Source of the DNA: Nemertoderma westbladi
Lineage: Eukaryota > Animalia > Xenacoelomorpha
Reading direction: 5' to 3'
Length of the DNA: 40,380 nucleotides
Assembly: GCA_032718475.1 (NCBI GenBank)
Contig: JAUCBJ010005848.1
Coordinates: 1 to 40,380 of the forward strand
The number at the start of each line of letters is the position of its first letter. The first letter of the stretch is position 1. Below, one piece after another: positions 12,480 through 23,138 of the stretch. The translations under genes were made by a program, and so were the position numbers. The notes beneath the pieces are model-generated. The model did not search any database. It was not told the origin of the DNA and saw only the letters and a list, made by a program, of their open reading frames with translations.

Positions 12480-13176
12480 CGTAGTAGGCGAAGCCTTTGC
12501 CAACCCACGCGTATTGCCACTATTTGGGATGGGTCAGGGCCAACAATAATTGTAATTAATTGTAAAAGCCTTCTGTCATGTTTTAAAACCGAATTATTTA
12601 ATGAATTAAATGTATAATTACACATTTTGAAATATATATTAATCACGAGTATGTGTATATATATATACTGATACTGACTGACTGACTGAGTCTGTAGTAT
12701 TATATAGGCCTACTCAAGCCATGCACATTGTGCCATTTCCACACCAAATACAATATTTACCAGTTGTTTCGGTTTAGGTAGATGGGCGTTGTTTGGGTTA
12801 GGAGCTTGGGCGTAGTTTGGGTTAAGAACTTGGGCGTTGTTTTTTTACTATGAATATCATTTTAAATGATTAAATATAATTGAATTGTTTGGGTTAAGAG
12901 GTTGGGCGTTGTTTGGGATAAGATTGTTTTGGTTAGGAGGTTGGGCGATGTTTGGGTTAATTATTTACAATTATTATTTACCCATCCACAAATAGTGGTA
13001 TTAAACAGATTCTTCGCCAACTACGTGGCTCGCCCCACACCTGAAACATTGGAACTAAATTCGTTTTCGTTTTCCTCTAGTTATTGGAACTAAATTCGCC
13101 TAAATTGGAACTAAATTCGCCAAAATTGGAACTAAATTCGCATGAGGCTTAAATTAGAACTAAGTACGGGGAATCC
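12480..13176. mobile_element. Truncated copy (left arm deleted) of the 21-bp-repeat foldback element at 23139-24230
   Basis: Colinear with 23394-24230. It has fewer TTGGAACTAAATTCG repeats in the right arm, extra TTGGGCGTTGTTTGGGTTA repeats in the core, and the same ...CGGGGAATCC end. Confidence 0.8.
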
Positions 13177-13264
13177 AACATACACCATGCCCCGCAATAT
13201 AGTGTCGTAACTCCATGACATGACCTACAATTGAAACAGAGAGTTTCACTTGCCGACCAAAAAA

Positions 13265-13505
13265 ATACGTTTGAAAAAAGTGTCCCCGGCGATATTGCAC
13301 CGGTCGTACTGCAGAGTTATTCGTATTTTTACAAATTCATATTTTTACATACATTTTCCACTAGTACCAACATATCACTGTAATGTTGAAGAATAAGAAG
13401 AACTGCGGTATAACTGGTGAAATATCGACGGAGAGACTTTTTCAAAAGATTGAAAGCTAAATAAAAATTCTGACTCACCCAGTAAGGGGGAGGGATTTCA
13501 AACTA
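13265..13505. mobile_element. Dispersed MITE-like repeat with internal inverted repeat
   Basis: TTTGAAAAAAGTGTCCCCGGCGATATTGCACC pairs imperfectly with GGTGAAATATCGACGGAGAGACTTTTTCAAA. Related copies lie at ~19262-19445, ~24320-24575 and, inverted, ~33020-33180. Confidence 0.6.
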
Positions 13506-13784
13506 TAATTCAAATTTTATTCAATCTCATTACGGTTAGTTGAATAAAGATAAACTAAAATAAGATAAGATGGTGTAGTTAGTGCATTGCCAAGACATAT
13601 ATGTGGCAGCCCCTGTCTCAGAAGTATGTTGGCACTACTGGTACAGTATGGCCTGAGTCACACAAGTGCGTTTAACTTTCAAAATGCAATATTCTGATGA
13701 TTCAAATTTCCTTAGAAGCTTTTTATAAATCTTCTTTTGCAATGCAGCCAATGATTTTATGAGCTGAAACTTTAATGTTTATGT

Positions 13785-14680
13785 GTGAACTGGGACGTGA
13801 TTCTGAAGTTGAGTGAACTGGGACGTGATTCTGAAGTTGAGTGAACTGGGACGTGGTTCTGAAGTTGAGTGAACTGGGACGTGGTTCTGAAGTTGAGTGA
13901 ACTGGGACGTGGTTCTGAAGTTGAGTGAACTGGGACGTGGTTCTGAAGTTGAGTGAACTGGGACGTGGTTCTGAAGTTGAGTGAACTGGGACGTGATTCT
14001 GAAGTTGAGTGAACTGGGACGTGATTCTGAAGTTGAGTGAACTGGGACGTGGTTCTGAAGTTGAGTGAACTGGGACGTGGTTCTGAAGTTGAGTGAACTG
14101 GGACGTGGTTCTGAAGTTGAGTGAACTGGGACGTGGTTCTGAAGTTGAGTGAACTGGGACGTGGTTCTGAAGTTGAGTGAACTGGGACGTGGTTCTGAAG
14201 TTGAGTGGACTGGGACGTGGTTCTGAAGTTGAGTGAACTGGGACGTGGTTCTGAAGTTGAGTGAACTGGGACGTGGTTCTGAAGTTGAGTGAACTGGGAC
14301 GTGGTTCTGAAGTTGAGTGAACTGGGACGTGGTTCTGAAGTTGAGTGAACTGGGACGTGGTTCCGAAGTTGAGTGAACTGGGACGTGGTTCTGAAGTTGA
14401 GTGAACTGGGACGTGGTTCTGAAGTTGAGTGAACTGGGACGTGGTTCTGAAGTTGAGTGAACTGGGACGTGGTTCTGAAGTTGAGTGAACTGGGACGTGG
14501 TTCCGAAGTTGAGTGAACTGGGACGTGGTTCTGAAGTTGAGTGAACTGGGACGTGGTTCTGAAGTTGAGTGAACTGGGACGTGGTTCTGAAGTTGAGTGA
14601 ACTGGGACGTGGTTCTGAAGTTGAGTGAACTGGGACGTGGTTCCGAAGTTGAGTGAACTGGGACGTGGTTCTGAAGTTGA
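13785..14680 (+). repeat. 28-bp minisatellite GTGAACTGGGACGTGGTTCTGAAGTTGA, ~32 nearly identical copies
   Basis: Directly visible; 896 bp / 28. There are only a few single-base variants (GTGATT, TTCCGA, GTGGAC). Confidence 0.97.
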
Positions 14681-14709
14681 ATGTTGAAAGCTCCTGTGTT
14701 TGTGACACG

Positions 14710-14748
14710 TTGCAGAAACAAAAGTTGCTCCGTGTGAGGGGGGCCTAA
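14710..14748. mobile_element. Isolated terminus of the MITE family seen complete at 30413-30928
   Basis: TGCAGAAACAAAAGTTGCTCCGTGTGAGGGGGGCCTAA matches the right end at ~30895-30930. Confidence 0.7.
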
Positions 14749-14869
14749 CGAAATGAGAGGTTTACACTTTCAGACATTTCACCCACAAGCGAAAGACTGG
14801 AGAATTGCAAGAAAACGAAATGGGAGGAAATTTAATGATTCAAGAATAAACTTTCAAAGATTAAACCGA

Positions 14870-15151
14870 TGGACAGAACGAACGACCGACAGACAGACCG
14901 AACGACCGACCGAACAAACGGCAGACAGATCGAACGACCGACCAACAGACCGAACGAGCGACCGACAGACCGAACGACCGACAGACAGACCGAACGACCG
15001 ACAGACAGATCGAACGACCGACCGAAAGACCGAACGACCGACAGACAGATCGAACGACCGACCGACAGACCGAACGACGGACAGACAGATACGAGATTGA
15101 AATAGTGGTACTCGTGTGTTAAGATCACATGCCTTCGTGGCTTGCCCCACA
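14870..15151 (+). mobile_element. (GACC/GACA/GAAC)n compound microsatellite plus DINE-1/Helentron-like terminus
   Basis: ~220 bp of GACCGACAGACAGACCGAAC-type repeats followed by CTTCGTGGCTTGCCCCACA (15133-15151), the same layout as 100-303. Confidence 0.65.
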
Positions 15152-15986
15152 TAAAATTTACATTTTCTTATAAATAATACTATAAGTCATTTTAATCATA
15201 AATATTATTATTATATTTAACAAATAATTGTAGGTCAACTTTGTTTTTAGTTGATAATTAGTTTACGAAGGAACATAAAATCCGGCGTTTTATTGAACCT
15301 TCTTCCTCCTAACCTTGAGAGTCACTATGAAATACTGATTTAAATAAAATAATAAATATCAATAAATTTCACGATACTGTACTAATAACTAGAATCACCT
15401 AAATTTGATACAATATCCCAATAAGAATTATTGTATACTATATTTTCACCAACACCAGTTATAAAACAAGACAAAAATAACTTTTGTTTTAATATCAATA
15501 TCATAATGAATTACAGATTTTACCATCTTACCAACACCTTCCCAACAACTCGTAGTAAATGTGACTTCCTAACCACTACCATTTCATTGCACTTTATGCA
15601 TTTTCAAATTAAGTATTTGAATAAAATATTGCATAACATACAACCCCAAAGGCGATAAAAACCAAAATAATTTATCAATAATATAAAAAGAAAAATATCT
15701 AATAATTATGATATTAATTAATACACGTCATGTTTTCTAACAAACAAATTTGGAAACTTTTATATACCAAAATGAAGTGTTTCAGACAGGAAAAATGCGA
15801 CAGAAAACCATTTATAAATACCTTTTCGAATTAAACTGTTTCTAACAAGTCGACCACCAGGTCGTGTCTTAAATATGGCTGGTTAAATAGATTATGAAGG
15901 TTATATAAAGGAAACGTTTCTATTTGCGGTGCAAATAGATTAATTGAACAAACATGAACGTGTCCCACTAACTACGGGAATAGATT

Positions 15987-18941
15987 CTACTGTCCGCCGG
16001 TCCTCTGGTGATGTGGGGGCGGATAGTAGTTGGTGGGTGGGGGACCCCCCGCTGGGTATATGGCGCCACCCTGCGGCCCCGGCGGGTACCCAGGTTGACT
16101 CGGCTGTCTGTACTGCTGGTTGATTGGATGCTGGACGCCCCCTGCCGGGTAGTTTGGCATCGTCGCTTCTGGGTGGCCCGGCATGGTTGGTGCTGAAATG
16201 GGAAAAATATTTCCACATTAGAAAAGTTATAGAAAACTGGTTAATTTTAGTCTTCAACCAGTTTTAGACCAGTTAACTGGAGATCCGAAATCGTGTCTTT
16301 AAATTTACTTTTGCTTTTGCTTAACCACTGACGGCGAGCTGTTAAGTTACGGCGTCATTGGTTACCACGTAAACAATAGGTGAAAATTTGCCTGACAGCC
16401 GGATAGGCCTACTGCATTACCTACCGGTAGGCGGGGTATAGCTATTAATGACCAGTAGGGTCTAGCTATATTATTATAACATGGCTCCAAACGCCACCAT
16501 AAATATAAGCTAACTTATTTATAACATAATTTATGTCATTTTTACATTTATTTATACAACAACTAATTTTGTTACATTGTCAACTTAACAGCGTTCTGGT
16601 GAATTACTCGTAACGCTGCAAAGTACTACTTTGCAGCGTTGCGGCATATAGGACGGAACGCTGCAAAGTAATCAATGACATTGAAACAACTTCAATTACA
16701 GTATTCCAGAATGTATTATTTCCATTTATGTTAATGAGTGCTGCTTTATTATCCAGTTTGCAGTGACGGAACTAGCTATGTTAACTATGTTAATAACTGT
16801 TTAACGTGTACTGTAATCTATTATGGCGAGACGTCCAATAGAAGATACTAAAATGACCAAAGAAAATGGCGACAGTGTTCAGCAAAACTGAACGGACACA
16901 GACGGTGACTAAGTTTGCTTCAGTAGATCGAAGTATGCTTCAGTACTATTTACATCATTGCTTGCAAATGTCACTTTTCAGCGTTAAAGGCCCTTGTTTA
17001 TTTATGTAAACCTCCCTCGCTGCGCTCGCTCGGTACATAAATAAACTTATAACGCTGAAAAGTGCTACTTTGCACACAATGATGTAAATAGTTATTATAT
17101 GTGCAGTTTCTATCACTTATAATGTATATGTACAATCATTTCGTAATGTTAAAATTTTGGAATAAAACTACATACATACATGTTGCAAAGTACTTTACAG
17201 TGTTCTGATCCTCGTGGCTTTATGTTCACTCACTCACTAACGTTCGTTCGTGTAACAAAGCCACTCGGATCATCACACTGTAAAGTGCTACTTTACACAC
17301 AAGTATGTAAATAGTTATTAAGTCACAACTGACATCAAAATAAAATTAAAAAATCCTCTGAAATGAGGTATCCCATTTCAATAAATTTGGCAATATTTAT
17401 AATTATCCATTAAATAATTGTGTTTATACCAAAGAAAAATTAAACAATGGAAAATAAAATAATAATTTCATAAAAATGTTCAGCTGCTCAGAACATGATA
17501 ACGTCGATATGACGAACGTTTACGCCACCACGAACGTTTACGCCACCACGAACGTTTACGCCACCACGAACGTTTACCTTTTATGCCACGAACATATTAT
17601 CAAACTTACACATATGATGTGGAATATGTTGGCTCTGCTGACCAGGATAACCCGGACTCGGGTACCCTTGTTGTGAGGCTGGAACCCCCTGGTGTTGTTG
17701 AGGATGTTGAGGATGAGGATGTTGGATCTGCTGCCGCTGCTGTTCGGCGTTAGGTTGCTGCTGATGTTGCTGTGGTTGTGGCTGCTGATGTTGCTGTGGT
17801 TGTGGCTGCTGATGTTGCTGTGGTTGTGGCTGCTGATGTTGCTGTGGTTGTGGCTGCAGATGTTGCTGTGGCTGTTGATGTTGCTGTGGTTGTGGCTGTT
17901 GCTGTGGTTGTTGTTGCGGCTACAAGGAAGAGTAATGGTATAATTAAATCCAATAAGAACGCCGTGAGGGCAAACCGATGTTAGGACAATTGCGACCCGG
18001 ACATTTGCGACCCGGACAATTGCGACCCGGACATTTGCGACCCGGACAATTGCGACCCATGATTTTGGGAAAAGTTGATGGGTCGCAATTGACCGGGTCG
18101 CAATTGTCCGGGTCGCAATTGTCCGGATCCAGATAAAAAGATGTAATGTATACCGGTATCATTGATAAATATCATTGTATATCATTGACAATTGCGACCC
18201 GGTCAATTGCGACCCATGTTTTTAAATAAAAATTATGGGTCGCAATTGTCCGGGTCGCAATTGTCCGGAATCCGGGCAAACCACCGATAACAAACGACCA
18301 ACACCCTAAAAGTCACCGGTAATATAACCCGCATCGTATTATAATATATATGTATATATTTATATAACTGTATGTCTGTATGTATACACTACACCCTGCC
18401 CCGGAATATATTATAATTTATTGACAAGAATCGCATATAGCTAGAATAAACACACCAGTCAGCAGAACCACTACTAAATAAATAATTCAATATCGCAATA
18501 TGCCACTATAATAAAGCTTAAGACTTTTCAGGATAACACAATTTATAGCTAGATGGAATGCTTTCCTTATAAACTGAATAAGGCCTATTTAACACCCCAG
18601 TGGTACTAGGGTTAACAAATGGTTTGAAGTTTTGTAATCCTCATGTAAATGTGTTCCTGAGGCGATTAAAAATGGAAAACAAATTTCTTCGGAATTACTG
18701 ACCCCCCCCCCCCCCCCCCGCCCCCCCACACCCCTTAATAAAACTGTTTCGAGTCTCGCGGATACGACACATAGCCACCTACCTGATTGGGGAGCGAAGG
18801 ATATCCAACATTAGGTCTCGGTGCGCGTTGTGGGAAGCTGCTCCCCCCAGCGTAGGGGTTCTGTTGGGATCCCGGATGCTGTTGGGGACCACCAGGAGGC
18901 AGCTGATGGCCTCTTTGTGGACTTCCTGATGCTACAGGACT
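15987..18941 (-). CDS. Last three coding exons (18941-18783, 17919-17610, 16192-15987) of a Gln/Pro/Gly/Tyr-rich low-complexity protein of unknown identity
   Basis: All three exons have AG acceptors, the two donors are GTAGGT and GTAAGT, and phases match (0, then 1). The spliced peptide reads SPVASGSPQRGHQLPPGG...GYPSLPNQ|PQQQPQQQPQPQQHQQ...GYPSPGYPGQQSQHIPHHM|SPTMPGHPEATMPNYPAGG...YYPPPHHQRTGGQ*. A minus-strand AATAAA lies at 15289-15294. Confidence 0.82.
16945..17092. mobile_element. Palindromic MITE-like element
   Basis: Perfect 16-bp inverted ends ACTATTTACATCATTG / CAATGATGTAAATAGT, inner arms CACTTTTCAGCGTTA / TAACGCTGAAAAGTG, and a central CTCGCTGCGCTCG. Confidence 0.7.
17165..17320. 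mobile_element. Second, related palindromic MITE-like element
   Basis: Arms CTTTACAGTG..TGATCC..GTGGCTTT / AAAGCCAC..GGATCA..CACTGTAAAG. It shares the right end AAAGTGCTACTTT.CACACAA..ATGTAAATAGTTATTA with the preceding element. Confidence 0.6.
17512..17577 (+). repeat. 18-bp tandem repeat ACGAACGTTTACGCCACC, ~3.6 copies (intronic)
   Basis: Directly visible. Confidence 0.85.
17977..18273. mobile_element. Mutator/foldback-like MITE with 15-bp subterminal repeats (GGACAATTGCGACCC) and a 9-bp target-site duplication
   Basis: GGGCAAACC is duplicated at 17968-17976 and 18274-18282. Repeat blocks occur in opposing orientations and the element ends in GGAATCC. A 9-bp TSD is characteristic of the Mutator superfamily. 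Confidence 0.8.
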
Positions 18942-19261
18942 CTGTGGACCAATAGAAAATACTTTATAAAAATACTTTTATTATTAAAAAAAATTTTTAT
19001 TAATAATCCATATTCAAGAACACTTTGTTTATGTACGAATAGCTATGCAATAGTATGATTACAGTTATTGCATTGTTGCCCAGCTACGTATAGGATAAAA
19101 ACATGTTCTAGAATATGGTGTATTTTTTTAATAGAATAATAGAAAGACCTAATAGAATAGTTTTAATAGAATGACCTTGCATAGGTGTAAAACCATACAA
19201 ATTTAGAATGCCCATATTGTACAATGCCTATTTTACGACGAAATTCAGATTGTGATACATA

Positions 19262-19445
19262 TTTGGAATCCTTGCGCGGCCAGCTTTCTGTCAATATCAA
19301 CAAATCGCTATAAGGTTGAAGAATAACTGCGGTGTATCTGGCGCAATACCGATGGAGACATCTTTTTCAAACGCTTGTAGCTAAAGAATGAAAGCAAAAA
19401 TAAAGATTCTGGCTCAGCCAGGAAGGAGGAGGGAGGTGAAACTAC
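19262..19445 (+). mobile_element. Dispersed MITE-like repeat copy
   Basis: TTTGGAATCCTTGCGCGGCCAG...GAATAACTGCGG...TTTTTCAAA...AAGGAGGAGGGAGGTGAAACTA aligns by eye with 24404-24577. Confidence 0.6.
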
Positions 19446-19711
19446 CTCTGTTTAAAATTCCATGCTATCTGTCTGTAATGTCTGAATGTGAAAAACCATA
19501 GCATTGATAATTGCTAAGATCTAGAACTGGATATTAATTAAATGTAACAATCTGTCAGTTATAGAGGAAAACCAATTGATTGGCAACAATGATTGTAAAT
19601 AGTAATAATTCAGGATAAATTCAAATTGAAATTTTGATAATCGTTTCAGAATCAAAGTTACAATATAAATAGGGGTCTACTAATAATTAGGAAAGGGTTG
19701 TAATAAATAAA

Positions 19712-22085
19712 ATGGCTGAAGGGCAAGGGCCGCAGTTCCTAACCCCAACTGGAACCCCAACAAGGAGTATGAGTAGAGCTAGTTCTAGAGCCAGTTCTCG
19801 AGGTAGTCGCAGAACCCCAGCCGCAACCTCCAATACGGGCAGGAGTCAAGGAACACCAGCTGGTTCACCTAACAGGGGCGCGAGTAGAGGTAGTCGCAGA
19901 ACCCCAGCCGCAACCTCCAATACGGGTAGAAGTCAAGGAACACCAGCTGGTTCACCTAACAGGGGCGCGAGTAGAGGTAGTCCAAGAACCCCAGTTGGAA
20001 CCCAGATAATAGGCATAAGTCTAACCCCAGCTGGAACACCGAAAGGGGGCAAGAGTAGAGGTAGTTCTAGAGCCAGTTCTAGAAATAAGGGGTCGAGAAA
20101 GTCAAAGGCTGAGTCACGATCGGGGTCTCGCATTGGTAAACCGAAGACTCCAGATGAAAGTAAACAGCTGGAAGAGATGCGATATCAGTTTGATCGAATC
20201 GGGGTGACCAACATACCAACACACGACATTCAGGTTGACATATCCATTATCGGAAACTTTCGGTGAGTTAAGTAACCATGGTACCACTACAGTAATTTAC
20301 CGAACTTTTCAGGCTATTTTCTGATGTATTTTGTTCATGGTTCAAATAAATTTTGTACTTGTATTACGTGAGAAGGCCTACCCCATGGTGGTTAGTGTTA
20401 TATTGTTAGTAATGTATAATTATTTATTAGGGTGGGTAAGACTTCTATGGCATGGTGTTATGTTTGCGAGGGCGAATATGAGCTGTCTAAGAGAAGTGGG
20501 AGTCTGCCTCTGATCAACTACAGAAACTATATGGACATCTGTGGACAAAGAATCCTTATTAAGGTACCGGTAAACATACCACCTATAATACATTTCGCTA
20601 ACAAACTACATTATAAAAAACAAGAACTTATTATTTAGTTACAGACTAGGTGTGAAGTCCAAGAAACGACTGTCTTTTGTTACAGACTCGTGTACCAGGG
20701 GGAACTGAAAGGTCCAAGTTGGGACCCCACATGTCATTCTTTGCCGATGTTCCAGTCTGTTTCTTACTCTACGACATCACCAGCCCCAAGTCATTCAAAT
20801 CACTTGAGCGCTGGAGAGACGAATACATATACAACTCCTACCTGGACAGAGACGATGTGGTAATGGTGGTTGTAGGGACCAAAGATGACAAAGACAATAA
20901 ACGTCGGGTAATGATCTCTAAATTAAAAATTTATGATATATTGTCTTCAGGCACTACCCGATAGGAAGATACAGAATGATATAAACTCAAAATGAGAAAC
21001 AAATTTTTTTAATCAATAATTAGGTTTGAATCAAACCTAATTATCATTCCAGCCAAATTATCAAAACCAAGCGTAAACTGCATTACCAAAATTTTGATTA
21101 TATTGTGCTTTGTGTGTGTTATAAGATTTTGATTCTAGGAAATTATAAAATTCCAGAACATAGTAGGACCTTCCCACAATATTATAAAAGAAAATATTTT
21201 GCTATAAAATAGTTACTTTCTGGTAGGCCAAGCTAGTAATTCTTTATGTTAGCTAGAAAAAAAAAGAGAAGTTTCATTTCATACATTAAATTACAATTAA
21301 CTTATAATTAACCCGATTTGATACTTGAATCAATGCAAATTTACATGTATGTAAGCCGACTGTTGGGATAATCAATCACTAGTTGTAATCTATTTTATCT
21401 AAGAATCTAATCTAAGAATACTATTTCTTTAAGAATAAGTAAGTTAATATCAGTTTAAAAGTATTATGCTCACTGATGTCACCACAGGGCGTGGGCACCC
21501 GTTACCCCTCCTTATTATATTTCACTAATTTACTCCATAATTTGTAGGTGACGCAGGAAATGGTGGATGCTCTGAGGAACGAGTGGGCCTCAGTTGGGTA
21601 CAACAGATTCGGTTGGATAGAAACTTCCTGCAAAAATTTCCATAACATCGACATGTTGTTTAAGTGCGCTGCCGTGGTCGCTACCGGGATGGTAAACAAT
21701 CAAACCAAGAAACTCTACCCACAAATGACTGTAAGTGTGATTTAATATCCCAAAAGTGAACATAGAATGTTACTTATGAGATCCTAAAATGGTAACTTAG
21801 TAGCAGCCAAGCCCAAGGTTAAGGTAACAGATTAAGGTAATTTAATACAATTTGTTTGTTCTATAACAGAATTCCTAACAGCCTGATAAAACTGAATGGT
21901 CAGTTTCCATTTCAAATAAACATTAAATGTTACAGGAAATATTTCGTGACAAGTTGGATAATACCCGCAGACCGGGTCTCATGGTGGCCTCCAGACCAGA
22001 CCTTACCAGTCTCCCAGAACGGATTGCAAGTCGACCCATAAGGAAGACATTGCTGGAGAGAGATACCTTCTGTACTATTTTGTGA
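19712..22085 (+). CDS. Atypical Ras-superfamily (Rab-like) small GTPase with R/S/T/P/G-rich N-terminal extension and C-terminal CAAX; exons 19712-20262, 20431-20563, 20686-20907, 21548-21730, 21936-22085 (412 aa)
   Basis: All introns are GT-AG with consistent phases (2,0,0,0). The spliced protein shows G1 ISIIGNFR|VGKTS, Rab-like FLLYDITSPKSFKSLERWRDE, G4 VVVGTKDD, KRR|VTQE, G5 IETSCKNFHNIDMLF, and C-terminal FCTIL*. AATAAA lies at 22090-22095. The exon 2 donor could alternatively be at 20570. Confidence 0.88.
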
Positions 22086-22353
22086 ACACAATAAACATTA
22101 TATTGGATTTGTAACAACCGCGTACCATACCAAAATACAAAAACTAATAAGTAACAAAATGTGTTACAAATATTTGCGATAGTATTACTCTAAACGTTAT
22201 TATCCAAATGTAGGTTGATTTCTAATTGTTTCAATTATAATATTGAAGTAAAAAAGCATTTAACATTGTATTTTATGACATTTATGTGCAGCATCCTGGT
22301 GTATGTAGATGTACCATCAAGTGGTGAGTTCAGCAGTAAATACCCAACAGGGA

Positions 22354-23093
22354 GGTAACAGGACGAAGGTCCGAATGGGACGGAGGTCCGAATGGGACGG
22401 AGGTCCGAATGGGACGAAGGTCCGAATGGGACGGAGGTCCGAATGGGACGGAGGTCCGAATGGGACGAAGGTCCGAATGGGACGGGAGTCCGAATGGGAC
22501 AAAGGTCCGAATGGGACAAAGGTCCGAATGGGACGGAGGTCCGAATGGGACGAAGGTCCGAATGCGACGAAGGTCCGAATGGGACGGAGGTCCGAATGGG
22601 ACAAAGGTCCGAATGGGACGAAGGTCCGAATGGGACGGAGGTCCGAATGGGACGAAGGTCCGAATGGGACGAAGGTCCGAATGAGACAAAGGTCCGAATG
22701 AGACAAAGGTCCGAATGGGACGGAGGTCCGAATGGGACGAAGGTCCGAATGGGACGAAGGTCCGAATAGGACGGAGGTCCGAATGGGACGGAGGTCCGAA
22801 TGGGACAAAGGTCCGAATGGGACGGAGGTCAGAATGGGACGGAGGTCCGAATGGGACAAAGGTCCCAATGGGACGAAGGTCCGAATGGGACGGAGGTCCG
22901 AATGGGACGAAGGTCCGAATGGGACAAAGGTACGAATGGGACGGAGGTCCGAATGAGACGGAGGTCCGAATGGGACAAAGGTCCGAATGGGACGGAGGTC
23001 CGAATGGGACGAAGGTCCGAATGGGACAAAGGTCCGAATGGGACGAAGGACCAAAAAAAAGCGTCGTCTCATTTGGACCTTCGACCCAATACC
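22354..23093. mobile_element. Inverted-repeat element whose left arm is a ~40-copy array of the 17-bp GGGACGAAGGTCCGAAT unit
   Basis: The left end is GGTAACAGGACGAAGGTCC. After an A-run, inverted units end GGACCTTCGACCCAATACC (reverse complement GGTATTGGGTCGAAGGTCC). The flanks ACAGGGA / ACAGGAA are a possible TSD with one mismatch. Confidence 0.75.
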
Positions 23094-23138
23094 ACAGGAA
23101 ATCCCATTAGGGTGAGCATTATTACAGCATACAGGACA

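Noticed and set aside
9063-12646. 500-1146-aa ORFs on both strands
   Set aside because: They are translations of a stop-free 17-bp tandem unit that gives the same peptide in every frame. Copy number differs about 5-fold in the sister locus and there is no gene context.
13723-14721. 28-bp repeats as a CRISPR array, or the 309/332-aa ORFs as proteins
   Set aside because: The units are head-to-tail with no spacers, there are no cas genes, and the context is eukaryotic. The ORFs are repeat artefacts.
14753-15152. TDR/SVGR-rich ORFs
   Set aside because: They are translations of the GACC/GACA microsatellite.
17692-17984. Poly-Leu/Trp, poly-Val/Ala and poly-Thr/Ala ORFs
   Set aside because: They are alternative-frame or antisense readings of the Q/P-rich exon. 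The true frame is fixed by splice phases.
18702-18727. Poly-C/poly-G run (G-quadruplex potential) in an intron
   Set aside because: A simple homopolymer with no further support for function; its length is also error-prone in assemblies.
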